Part shown: one piece after another, positions 1-12,760 of the stretch
Numbering within the stretch: position 1 is the stretch's first letter
Layout of the letters: every line of letters begins with the position of its first letter
NCBI GenBank assembly: GCA_002189035.1
Contig: NEEC01000014.1
Location: forward strand, 2,790,001 to 2,854,000
Source: Utricularia gibba
Lineage: Eukaryota > Plantae > Magnoliophyta
Reading direction: 5' to 3'
Length of the DNA: 64,000 bases
Made by a program: the position numbers and the translations under genes
Notes under the pieces: generated by a model
Seen by the model: the letters and a program-made list of their open reading frames with translations, nothing else
Databases searched by the model: none
Told to the model about the DNA's origin: nothing

Positions 1-289
1 TCACAAATCAGACTCCATCGCACATGTTGCTATCTTACGAAAATAATCAGACTAAATCATGCTCACAGGTGTACAAACAGCTATAGCAAAATTCATGCAT
101 CCTATACATTATGGAAAACATCACACATGTGTATGCAAATTCCTTAGTTTACAAAATTCTCTTAATCCTAATACCAAGATACAAAATTATTCTTAACTTA
201 GACTAACAACAAGGAAATAAAAATAAAAATAAAAAAAGCAAATGCAGCAGTTGTTACTTGACCAATGAGGAGTCTTTCACTCTGTGTTT

Positions 290-1297
290 CAATTCCTTCA
301 CTTTTCGTAACAAATCCCCAAGCCTATCATAAACCATGTCTATCCTTTCCTTACACTAGCATTTCTTCTCATTTTTCAATTTTTCTAGGCCTTGAGAGGT
401 GCTTCCTTTTTTCCTTCTATTGAGGTGCATTCTCACAAAACCCTGCTAGAGGCCTAAAAACAAAACCTCCTCCTCTAATTTGAATTAGTCCAACAATTTT
501 AAGAAAGTGTGCATTAAAAGGAGATAATTTCATTTTCACATGGAAGACTCTAACTCAAAAATTTATCAGAGCATAACTTTTGAGCAAGAAGAGTGATAAC
601 ATTATTGAACCAAAGATGGTTTATAGTATTCTTCCGATAACCTTTATTCATCTGTTCCACTAAAATCGCTCTTAGATTCAAAGATTTCTTGTGCAGCAAG
701 CTCCACATGACAAACAATTCATGTTTATACAAAGAATTAAATCCTAATGTTCTTTTGAAAAGCACAGCAGAAATAAGCAAGTGAACATATTGTATAGTAG
801 GATTTGTGACTAGATCAGCTTTCATCCCCGTAGATTTAAATTGTATAACATGTTAATTTGTTAAAATTCCATATATATCCTCAGCATCGAAATCATCAGG
901 ATAATCAAATAGGGAAGTAGCAAATTCATGCAATTCAACATGTTGTTTTGAACAAAATCCTAAAAGTACATTCTATTCAACAATTGAAAATAAAAAATCA
1001 TTTCTTAACATTCTAAAGGGAATTTCCTCTGGCGTAAGCACAGTTTTTGGCTTTCATAACAGAAAGTGGAAACAAATTCATACATCAATTTAGCGTAAGA
1101 AGGATGGTTCAAATCACACAAAGTAAACATCATAAAATTTTCTAGAATTGAATCAACATCGATGACTAAATTCCACCAATATTTTGAAATTTTTATGCTC
1201 CTGTTTCTTTAGCTTTTCTCATTTGGCTACTGTCATTGGCAACTTCTTTGCTAGATTTTGTAGTGGTGGTACCCTGATGTTGGCGTTTTGCAGACAT
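290..1297 (-). pseudogene. Degenerate Athila-type additional (ORF2/env-like) ORF remnant
   Basis: Minus-strand translation gives HPSYAKLMYEFVSTF and VHLLISAVLF..ELFVMWSLLHKKSLNLRAILVEQM, which resemble the extra ORF at 32423-33103 (PAYAELCYEFFTTF; FIFWSLIMKRPLNVDALI). Stops and frameshifts present. Confidence 0.65.
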
Positions 1298-1389
1298 GTT
1301 GCGTAAGATTCTTTTCTACAATTCTCAAGGAAAAGGTGAGAGATTTGAAAGAGGTGAATGTTATAAAATTCAAGTTTTATAACATAATG

Positions 1390-4300
1390 TTATTCATTTA
1401 CTAGTCCTAACACATTAAAAACATGTGTTATCAATATGGAATGTTCATCATAGCTTTTTGTTCTTCATTGATTGATAGACATTACTTATTGCTCAACTTA
1501 AAATGATGAACAAGAGGATAGCTAATTGTAGTGACTTTTATCACATTGAACTTTTCAAGCATCTTCTCAATGTACTATTCTTTAGACAGTCATATCTTCT
1601 TGATATTTCTATTACTGATGATTCTCATGCCAAGAATCTTGGTTTGTTGGTCCCAAGTCTTTCATCGAGAATTCCTTATTCATATCTTTCTTCAAGTATA
1701 ATGATTAATAATCAGCATCTCACCAGCATTGAGCAACAATATCTCAGTCATCATTCGTGAACTTTTTGAAGAACATACAACGGTGAGCACTTTATCTTTT
1801 GGAAGAAATGCTTCTCTATGACCAAGGCAATCTTCTTGTATCACTATTTCAAAGCTTGTTTCAATCTATACAAACTTTTATGCAATTTACAATTATATTT
1901 CTTTTTTTATTTTTCCACAAAGCCTTCAAATTGTTCTTTATAAATGTCTTCTTCTACATCTTCATTTAAGACCATCATCTTTGTATCCATTTGCTCAATC
2001 TCTAAATTGAGACTTGCTAATAACCCTAGCATTATCCAGATGGATATTGATAACACACGAATTTTTCTATCATTAGAATAAGAAAATTATGCTTTTGAAT
2101 CATATTTTAAGTGCTTATCTTATAGTTTTTAGTATTTTTACCAAATTTTGAGGACATAATGTGATTTTATGTGTTAATGAGCTAAATCCTTTGATTTAGC
2201 CCATTCCATGTTATTAACATTTTTTCTAGATCAGCAACAAAATTCTAAAATCAGAGAGGAAACATGAATTTCGTGCATGTAGAGATTTGGAAGAATGAGC
2301 AGCATTAAAAGAGGAGACATAATGCATTGTTCTGCCATCCACAGTCTACAGGTTCAGACCAGGAACAGTGCTGGTGTTAGGAATAGTGCAATGGAGTAAA
2401 GGAGGGGAGATAGTTTTGGAAAAAGAGAGAACGCGTAGCACGGGGAGTGCACGAGGGGGCTTCTCCCCTCAACACGATGAGTAATGAACCAGGAGAGGAA
2501 AAGAAGAACTTCATCCTCAAGAACAGCATCAGAGCCCAGTCCAACGCTACTGTTCCGACCCGGGAACAGTAGTAGACATGAACTAGAACTCTTACTGCTT
2601 TATTTTCGTTTGTTGATGTTTTCAGTTTCTGCAACCAACTCTTTCACGATGTTCTTGACATTTTCGTTGTATTATGTTAATGTCATTACTTTTTACTTTC
2701 CAAATATGAGTAGCTAGAACCTTAGGGATGTCTTGAGGTTAAACATGATGGTGTGGGTCTAGGATTCTTAATAAAATTCATTATTGTTTTTTAATTCTTG
2801 TTTCTATTATTCCATGGGTAGACCTAAGGAGGGGAACAAGTAACTTTGCAACTCAGAAGCTTGGTTTAGAGGTAGACTAACAAATCAAGGCGGGCGCCGT
2901 AGATGTTAGTCCAGGGTAGAACCAGTAGAACCGTGTAGACTTAGTTCTATACACTTTGCATGCAGGTAGACCTAATTGTAAGGTTGGTGATGACATTGAG
3001 AACTAGCTTAGCCGAAAATATGACAAATGACCTGAGTAGACTTATGTTATTTGAAGTTGTGAGTGTAGGAACATGGTAATCTAAGTTAGACATTTTAACA
3101 CCATACCACCTGTAGATCCTTAAGGCATCTTCGTATAATTTTGAGTTAGAACCAATCATTGTTACCTTTAGCATTAAGATCTAATATTGTTTACTGATCT
3201 TGTTTACCGACTTGTTTACCGATGTTGGTGCGAGCTTAGACTAAGACTTACTGTTATTCCGAACTATACATTTACTAAAATACTTAGCAAGCACAAGCTC
3301 CTCGTGATTGACCCTGAAATCCACTATACAAGTTTTCTAAATTTGTATTTTGTGTAGATTATGACTTATAAATTTATTTGATAACGAAATTTCTATTTTT
3401 GCAACGACATTAGGAATTTTCGTTTATCAGATATCATCTTTACAATGGATGCAAATATCTCATTATAATTGATTCTTTTTTGTTGGTTGAATCCCTTCAC
3501 CACCAACATGCTTGTATCAAGGCTTAGAGCTATTTTTAGAATGCTTGATTCTGAAAAACGACTTGCATTTTAGTGCCTATTTTCTAGCAACTTCACTAGT
3601 TGAAACATATTGCTCTCAATCAAAGACTTCATTTCTTCTTCAATAACTTCCATCTAAAGATTTTTATCTTGGCTTTCCATAGTTTCCTAAAAGCTCTCAG
3701 GTGCTTTTTTGTCAATGAGTATTACAAACTCATCTTACAAAAAACTCTTTGGTATTGCTTAAGTCTTTCCGATCTTGTTTCCACAAGAGAACCTTGAAAA
3801 TACTTGATAGTTATTGAACCACACCATCTCCATTATCTGGAATCTCTAGTTCCTCATGATCATGGGTTTTATCAAACACATGAGCTTCAAAATCACCTTC
3901 TTAATATTTGGCACCATTGTAGAAGATATCACTCATACATCTGTGAAGTTTTCGTTTCTATGAGAGACAGCATTCCTAGGTTTCAGAATATCTTTCATGG
4001 TTTCATACTCAATAAAGATAGCATCTTGGCTCCTAATGATTTTTTTTTTTTTTGAGATAGGATCATAGAATCAAAACCCAAATTGATCTTGGTCATAATA
4101 TTGAGCACACATTCATGTGTCCTAAAATCCAATTTCGATTGTTCATCCTTTGAAATATGAATGAATGTCATGCAAGAAAACACCAACAAATGATCATATG
4201 AGACTTTCTTTTCAGACCATATATTTTTTTGGCACATTATATCTCAAAGGCATACATAGTGAAAGATTTAGAACATATAGTATTATACGAATAGCTTTTC

Positions 4301-4735
4301 CACAAAACACTTTAGATAACTTTGAGTATGAAAGAAAAATCTCACTCTTTCCATCAAAGTTTGATTTATTCTTTTTTTCAAGTCATTCAACTTCGATGTT
4401 TTTACTATAGTAAATTGATGTCAAATATTCATCTCTTTGATTATCAATAAAGGTCACAAAATGTTGAGCCCCACCAAGTGATGTGATCTTTGTAGCACAT
4501 GCATCCAAATAAATTAGATTAAAAATCTCTTTGACTCTACATGGATGTCTTCTTTTGAATGCCACCTTTATTTGCTTTCCTATGAAGCATTTGATGCATG
4601 ATCTCAATTGTTGATCAACGGGCTCAGCCAACACATTCTTTCTCATCAATGTATTCATGCCTTTTTCACCTATTGGCACAAGTCCAAGTTTGTCTCTAAT
4701 ATCAAATGTCACGACCAACACTCGTTTCACATGAT
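1390..4735 (-). mobile_element. Degenerate Ty1/copia pol remnant (GAG-pre-integrase, integrase, RT) split by a solo LTR
   Basis: Motifs LIYLDAC..SLGGAQHFVTFID (integrase), YNEIFASIVKM, EIEQMD, LHKSLYRLKQA and DLGP..ILGMRI (RT). The RT reading resumes across 2048-3429. Many stops. Confidence 0.85.
2048..3429 (+). mobile_element. Solo LTR, Athila-type family A, with TSD GATAT
   Basis: TGATAAC...TTTATCA termini; GATAT at 2043-2047 and 3430-3434; homologous to LTRs at 21784, 27950 and 40692. Confidence 0.92.
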
Positions 4736-5345
4736 ATTGTTTGTGTACCTAACCCTTATGGCTCATTTGGTATGATGTTTAGTATTGAAGTGTTTTTAGA
4801 AACTAAGGAAAATAAAACCTTCAAATGGGTGTGTTTAATTAGTTTGGTATGATAGTTTATTTTATAAGGGATAATAAAATGTGTGTTTGATTGGGTATAT
4901 TAAAATTCTGGTTTTAATGAGATTTTTACCATTATACCCTTATTAATTGACATAATTACTTTTCTCCAAATCCCATCATAAAGCCTCGTGTTCCTAGTGA
5001 GAAAATTGATATTCCCTCTATGCAGACCAGTGCCATTGAAATTCTCCCAAAATGCTATTTAAGTTGAATTTTCTAGCAAGAAAACTGCTCGATTTCTTTA
5101 CAATTCAAGTCTCAATGCTTCTGGTGAGTTCTTGTTTGTGATTTCATTTCAATGTTATGTGGGTAATTCAAGCATGAAATGTTTTTTTATTTTCTAACCA
5201 TACTCTGTATTTTAATGGGCTTTTGTTGTAGGATGAGTTTTTAGTTTGTGATGTTTTTTGATAAATAGAAATTTCCTAATATCGTTGTAAAAATAGAAAT
5301 TGTTTCCTTATTCTTCAACAAACCATTTTTTCACGTTATATTTGG

Positions 5346-6553
5346 TTGTGCCTATTACTTGCTCTTTTTTTAGGGCAAGATGAACAAAATCAGAAAAGTA
5401 AAAAACGAAAGTACTCCATGATTGGTAGAATGAATATGCAGTCTTGGCATCTTCAGCATCTTATTGGTTATAGTGATTTTGCTTGTTTGGATAATTTGCG
5501 AATGACTAGAAATGCCTTCGGTAGATTGTGTAGTTTGTTAGAAAATGTTGGTGGTTTAATGAATTCAAAGCATGTGTCTATACCTGAGAAACTATCTATA
5601 TTTTTGAGAGTTTTATCTCATCATAAGAAGGTATGTATTCAATCTCATGATTTCATTAGATCAAAGCACACAATACATAAATACTTTTATGAGGTTTTGA
5701 GGACTATAATAAAACTATACCCCATCCGACTCGTGACAACAAATTTTGAAGAAACTCCTTGAAAATATTTTGTGGTGAGCATCCATGTGTTTTTATTTGA
5801 ATTATATGTGGTTCTTCATTTTTTTTTTAATGGCAGGGGTGCTTGGAGCTTTGGATGGAACATTCATTCAGGCAAAAGTGCGTGTCGATGAACAAGGCCG
5901 ATATTGCAGTAGAAAGGGATACATTTGTTTAAACGTACTTGGTGTGTGTGATATACACATGAGATTTGTATACGTGTTATCTGGATGGGAAGGATCAGTT
6001 GCAGATAGCAAAGTTTTACAAGATGTTTTAACAAGGAACAATGAATTTCATGTTCTTCGAGGTATATTTTTGTTCATTGCTATTATATGGAGTATTTTAT
6101 CTCATTAAGATCATAATAGCTTCATGTAATTTTTTAATTGGTTTATCAAATTATTTCAAGAAATTATTATCTATGTGATAATGTTATATGAATTGTGAAG
6201 GATTTCTTACGCCCAATCGTGGAGTTCGATATCACTTGAAAGAATGGGGCAACGGTAACTTAGCACCCCAAAATTGAAGAGAATTATTCAACTTGAGACA
6301 CTCCAAAGCAAGGAATATAATTGAGAGAACTTTTGGTTTACTGAAAATACGTTAGGGGATGCTTCGAGATAGTTGCTTTTACAATGTGGATATACTCAAT
6401 TTCATTATTTTGGCATGTGCACTTCTCCACAACATTATTCGAATCACTGATTCGGATGATCCTCTCGAAAGTTTATTGCAACAAAGTAATGTCTTAATTT
6501 CTAGGATTATCTCCATGTCTAGTGTAATAGTCTATCATTCATGTATAGTGTAA
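5346..6553 (+). pseudogene. PIF/Harbinger DDE transposase pseudogene (3 exons)
   Basis: LRMTRNAFGRLC, GALDGTFI, SGWEGSVADSKVL, YYLCD, FNLRHSKARNIIERTFGLLK and ACALLHN motifs; in-frame stops. Confidence 0.9.
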
Positions 6554-7099
6554 CATCAATGCTCCTTCCTAGTTTGCTTGCAACGGACTTCATTTATTAT
6601 CATTATGTATTTCAGTTCGATGGTGATGTATAGCTGTTTGCTAATTCAGCCAGTCATTTTTTTATTTTAATGTTCAACCCTTCCTGATACTATTTTCTGG
6701 TTATCAGACAAAACAAATGCATTCACTAGAAGGAAGGCAGCTTTTAGTGCCATACTTCATGATTTAAATGATTTCCACAATTTTAGTATTTCTATTTCGC
6801 GCACCAATCAAAAGTAGCTTCAAATACCTGTTTACATCAAAGTGTTTGATGTCGTTAACCAAGTACACAATGAGTTTACTTGCTTTCCATGTGGATCACC
6901 TCTCTAATGTAATACACTTCCATGAACTTCAACACTTGAAAACTAAAAGCCTTCATTTTATAAACATGCAAATTAGGTACCTTTGAACATCTTGGAAGAG
7001 CTAGGGGAGAGTTTTAGTAGAACCTTTGAAATAATCAATGGAGCAAAATGATCATCTATAAATTGTTATCTAAAAAAATTATATAATATCATTTTTATA

Positions 7100-7305
7100 T
7101 TCTAGTATCTTTTATCATTTGTCATTATATACTTCTATAATATAGTATTTAAATTCTAGTATCTTTTATCATTTGTAATTATATACTTCTATAATATAGT
7201 ATTTAAATTCTAATATCTTTTATCATTTGTAATTATATTTTATACTTATATAATATAGTCTTTACATTCTAATATCTTTTTTTTCTCATTTGTAATTATA
7301 TTTAT
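7100..7305. repeat. AT-rich tandem repeat, about 54-bp unit, about 4 copies
   Basis: Unit TTCTAGTATCTTTTATCATTTGT(C/A)ATTATATACTTCTATAATATAGTATTTAAA starts at 7100, 7154 and 7208, with a degenerate copy at 7267. Confidence 0.9.
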
Positions 7306-7797
7306 TTTTTGTATCTAAAAAATGCATATAATATAATTTTTATCACAAAAAAAGCATGGAACAATAATACCAAGCACCAACCCCAAGTTGCCTTCCTGCA
7401 CAAAGTGATGTGGTGGATGCGCAAAGATGCTACTCGAAAGGAGATGGAGCTTACAATTTCACCCCACCAAGTCTGGGGAGTCAGGAAATGGAGAGAAAAG
7501 CAATAGAAACAACGAAACCCCACAGTGAATAATGCATTTAACCGGCTCTCCTTATCAATAGAAACAAAACATTGCCCACTGATTAAAAAACACTATCAAA
7601 GAATGAAGTGAAAGAAAATAATAATCAAAGAGTTCATTGAAACACACGAATCATCAACAAGAATGGTAGTAGGAGAAAACCACTTCCATGAACATGATTT
7701 TACAAACCATCAGAGCAAGATCAATGTCAGAGTCCAAACCATCATCAGGAAGTAGAATAATAGAATGTAACTCCAAAAACAAAGTTTGTTGGGTATC

Positions 7798-8826
7798 TGA
7801 TAAATGAAAAAATATTCAATATCGTTAATTTGCATTATTTTACTATCAAATAAAATTGATAAACCTAATTCACATCAAATCATATAAAAAATATGAACAT
7901 AGTGAACTAGGGTCGAACACAAGGAATTAGATGCTTGCTATGTGAAATTCAATGCATGCAATTAGTGTCATGTTGATAAATTTGGTCTTTACTAAGACTA
8001 ACGAATAGTAAAGAAAAGTGCCAAACTTGTGAACTTAGTTGTACCTAAATGAGATGTGTGTGCCTTGAGACTCCTAGGGCTTACATGCTTATCACTAAAA
8101 TAACCTCATATATACCACAAATCATACATCTAACAAACAAAAGTCTAGGTCTACCCATACTCGTGTTTTCCCTCTAATCTTTGGTTTGCCTCTAATTAGG
8201 ATTTTGAAAATGAGTGTCACTACTTCCCCCTTCTAGATCTATCTTGATTTGTTAAAAAAATTGGTGTGATCCATGATTAGCAAGGTCAAATGATTGACTA
8301 GTACATTATACCGTTTTTGCCCCAAGTCACCCCTCTCAGTGTTTAGTCACTCATAGCAAGGGAAAGTAAAGTATTTTCATAATACATTCTAAGAAACATT
8401 TTTTTCTCAAAGTTAAATAACAACATAAAATGCATAATAGAGCATAAATAGTAAATTGTTCACATAGGAAAACTAAAACTAGTCTCAACTAGGAACAATG
8501 TTCATCAAGAACGAAAGAAAATCTTCAAAAGGGAAACTTGTTCTTCTGGATCGTCTTTCTTCTTCCCTCCCCCCCTCCCTCTAAAAAAAAATCTTCTCCA
8601 GAAAACTGTGTTGTGTGCTTCAATGGAGAGATCTCATTTTTCTTTCCATCTTGTCTTCTTTTTTGTTCAAAATCCTCCTTTTTTATCTCCTTAGATTTTG
8701 TGTACTTTTTTCCTCATCCTTTGCTACTGTACTTTCTATATCTGACTCCTTGGGAGTTGCTGGCATGCGCTACATTGCTCAAAGAAAACTATTAGAAGTA
8801 AGCTTGGGACTAAATCAAAATTTATG
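7798..8826 (-). mobile_element. 5'-truncated LTR, Athila-type family B
   Basis: TGATAAATG terminus at 7798; colinear homology to 19453-20607 and 55632-56744; homology stops near 8826. Confidence 0.8.
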
Positions 8827-8934
8827 ATCATGATCCATTACTAACAAAAGACATTGTTACTTAACTAAAATCAAAAGTGATACAAGGGAATTCAAACATG
8901 TAGTTTTGCTAAAATTTCTTCCACGAAGGTGATT

Positions 8935-9854
8935 CTTTAAGGTTCTTTCAGACTAAAAAATAATTTCAGCAATGTATGATCCTCCATAATTACTTTTATT
9001 ACTTCATGACGCTCCATCAATGACATTTAGAGCTACATTGCTAGTATCAATCCAACAACCATATCCTTCTTTTCATCTTTCTCAAATTCTATTTCCAAAT
9101 CGTGCACATACCTCGGTAAATTGCACCTTTTGATCCTTGAAGCCTTCACTAATAACTTGAATGAGTTTCTCCATTGGACTAATTAAGCGACTTTTTCTTT
9201 TACAAGATGGTGGTGTTGGATCTTTTGATGCTGTAGAAGACCCATCTCCATTCGAACTGACCCAGAAATTGGCTCATCCGGTAATATTGGATCTTCACCA
9301 ATAAAAACATTGAAATCAGATGTGTTTGATGAAGCTGCCATGACTTCTGCAACAGTGTGGTAGTCCATCCCGTTTTCTCCGAAAATATTTGACCAATCTG
9401 AGTAAAATGGAAAAGATTTACCCCTCACTTTGCTAGCATTTGTAATAGTCATACAAAAAAATCTCTATTGAGATAAAAAAAAAAAAAACAAGTACAAGAA
9501 ACACATTGACAAAATTCTTACCTTTTCTAACTCATCCCACATTTCAATAGAAGCATCAACTTGATGACTAGAGTCATTCCAACCAGTACCAGATCTTGAT
9601 AGAATTGTCGACAGTGTTGCATACACAGCTCTTCAAGCATGAACTTTTGATTCTATATGTGGCTTCGACCTCAAATCCGTACCTAGAATTTTTCATTTCA
9701 TAATTTTTTCTAACTCAGTCAAATACCCTGTCTTGAAGCCATTCTCCAACTTCCAACCAGTAGAAGAGATTTCTTTCAAAGCGATGATTAGCATCTTCTC
9801 TTCATGAATGGACCAACATTTACGCCTCCCTTTGCTACCTCCCTCTGCTTCCAT
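8935..9854 (-). pseudogene. Harbinger-associated Myb/SANT-like DNA-binding protein pseudogene
   Basis: MEAEGGSKGRRKCWSIHEEKMLIIALKE..GWKLENGFKTGYL..SGTGWN; GT donor at 9521; second exon RGKSFPFYSDWSNIFG; stops present. Confidence 0.85.
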
Positions 9855-10236
9855 CCCTAGTCAAAAAATTATGTAACCACAAAAATTATAACTCAGTCAA
9901 AAATTCCCACAAATTATAATGAATTAAATCAAAAAATGTAACCACAAAAGCAAAAGAATTACATTAATATCCCTAGAAATTATAATAAATCAAATAAAAT
10001 ATGTGACTACAGAAGTAGAAGAAATAGGATAATCATGACGAGTTTGCTTAGAGTAGCAACATGCATCATCGATAGCAAAACATTTCATGTGAGTTTTACT
10101 ATAGAAAAATGCCTAAAAGAAATGGAAGAATTTCATAGCATGTCGATACCTTTTATGGCACAAATCCACACCAATATTGAGTGAGGTGAGTATAGAAGTT
10201 TGTATTTCAATAAACTGAGATGAAAAACATGACATA

Positions 10237-11220
10237 TGTTAAGTGTTATTTTCTAACTATCTTTTAGTTTATTTTTATATCTAAATACGATTAAAGTTGT
10301 TGAGTTAAGAGTTTATAATATAAGGTTTAAGTTTTATTTGGATTAGGATAATTATCTTAAATCATGTATTTTAGCTAAAAATTTTGTCTAGTTTTGTGTA
10401 AGCTTTATTAGGAGCAAACATTTGGCAGGAAGTGTGAGAAAAGGTGTATCACAAGGCGACAAAATAGATCTTCTTGAATTGACATTTCCTTAATTTCCGG
10501 AAGATTGCAGAAGCTTAATGATGATCCTTGACATGTGGTACACGAGAGACTCTAATAGATGAAATTATTAGTATACTAGTGTCAAAGTAGGAGCTTTCTT
10601 GCAAGTTACTTCAATCCAGCAGTATTAGAGGAATACAGAGACTCTAAAACTAAAACTCCCCTCAAAGCTCTGATCTGCATATTAAATCCTCAAAGCTTTG
10701 AGGGGGAGTTTTAGTTTTAGACTTTTGTTTATCTCTCTAGAGGATTTTTTTTTCTCTAGCTTTTCTCTAGAACTTCGTTCACATTTTCCTTAGTTGTATG
10801 ACCATTCGCAGCTAGAAACTTTTGTTTCTGAGTTGGGACACTCTCAGTTCTACGCTTCATTAGTTAATCTTCATTTCTTCTTTGAATCTGATTGAGTTAT
10901 ATATGTCTCTATGCAACTATGTTACAGTATTTCTATAACAAACCCTTATTTAAGATTCATGATTAACTGATCATTACTTGTGAATTTTGAAGGGGAGTAA
11001 GGTGGAAAGCACCAATTTACGTACTTTTGGTTGAAGGGAGACAAGGTTTTATTTGTGGCTATATTTTAGGTTTCTACGACGATAGAACCACTTATCTTCG
11101 CATTCGTCCAAAGGGGAGCAACATTGGGCTATTTCTATGCCTTATTGCAAGAAAATGCAAGAGATGATAGATAATTCTTTACTCTTATAATCGAATACTC
11201 GAGAAGATAGAGATGAGTGT
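10237..11220 (+). mobile_element. 3'-truncated LTR, family D
   Basis: Starts TGTTAAGTGTTATTTTC like the D LTRs at 35465 and 49616-50934; homology ends near 11220. Confidence 0.7.
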
Positions 11221-11799
11221 TTTTTTAAGTTTAAATTTAATTTTTTAAAATAAAAAATTAGAGCTTCAAAATGTACAAGATATATGGTCTTAAAACTTAA
11301 AGATATTCATTATTATGTTTTGAGTATGTGATATTATTAATGAATACTTTAGTATGATTCAAAATAATTTTTTAAAAAATATTTTTTATTAATTTCGAAT
11401 TTCAGTTATCAAAATCAGATTTGACTGGTCATACTCAATTTTTCAACCGAACCGGTTCCATATCAATTTGGTTTTGCATCTCAAGTTGGAAACATAGCTG
11501 CCTGCTCACCAATCCTGATCATCACCTTTGAGATCTAACATGAATGATAAAATGTTATCAGATTATTATGAAAGTTGAGGACATAGATGACATGATGTGA
11601 AACAAAATTATTGTCAATAATAAGAATCCTAGCTTTGCGAACATATCATTTAAGTCAATTGGACATAATGATAGAGTTTAGTTAAAAAGTTATATCTTGT
11701 AAGTCATATAATCAGCAACTTCTCTATCAAAAATCCAAATAATATTAAGAGTCATATTAGTTAGCTTTCAAATTTTCCTTTTTGGTATAGGATTAACTT

Positions 11800-12760
11800 G
11801 TTTAATTGGATGTCAAGACATGATACTTGTATTCTCTCTCCATACTAGTAGATACTCTTGGAATAGAATGATATTCATTTCCTTGTGAAAAATTTACTTG
11901 AAGAGAACATATTTCGGTAGAGAGTTGTTCGCCATTATCATGCATACATGCATGCCCATCTTTATTGAAAGATCTTCGATTACAACTTTTGTGACCTCTT
12001 GTATGGGGATTCACATAGGTCCATTAATTTGGATTAACTTAGGAAAGTTTTAGATCATCTTCCCACCAATTAGAATAAACAATGAGCATATAGTAACCAT
12101 CCTTTACATGCCCAGAAATCCTACAAATGATGCAAATTACATTTGGCTTTTGAGGGCATGGTTTTGGATTTTTTGTGATATTCCTTACGGTCATGACAAC
12201 AAGTTCACCCCGAGGTTCTTTGCTTCTCTTTATATTTCAATGTTGTTCTTCTCTAACAGTGCAATTGCATACTTGGTAGAAAGAGCTCAAAGGTTCTTTG
12301 ACGAGAATTTGAGAATACACCACACCAAACAGCGAGTCATCGAAGCTTATAATAAAATGATGGACTTTATCTGTTTCACTTTTTTTTATTAAAGGAGAGA
12401 TTCAGATGGTACTTACGTACACCACAAGTGCATTAATGCAAGTTATCTAATAGCATATATTCATCTCAAATCTTCTTCATCCATCCAAAATATCAAAGAA
12501 TACTTTCTCCCATTTCATGACACCTGGTCAACTCTTTGATTATGCTAAAATTGAATTCAATACTCACAAGAAATTGCTCCTTCATATCATCCAAAGAGGT
12601 TTAACCAGATCCATTATAGTCACAATAGATCAAAGATGGGTTTGATTGTACTGATCAACCAAGATACTAAACAAATGTTTTGAATCAAAGTAGTTGTATT
12701 TTCATGGATTAACAATATGCTTTTATAGATATAAGAGAATACATAAACAGCAACACAAAC
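11800..12760 (-). mobile_element. Ty1/copia gag remnant
   Basis: Minus-strand KPNVICIICRISGHVKDGYYMLIVYSNWW (zinc knuckle) and KELTRCHEMGESI-like gag segments; heavily degraded. Confidence 0.6.

Larger units (their letters stand above)
4760..10236. mobile_element. PIF/Harbinger DNA transposon remnant (ends approximate)
   Basis: Convergent Harbinger transposase (+) and Myb/SANT (-) pseudogenes; TIR-like GGCTCATTTGGT near 4760; right TIR not found. Confidence 0.7.

Noticed and set aside
7100-7305. CRISPR-like array
   Set aside because: Head-to-tail units with no unique spacers, in a plant nuclear context.
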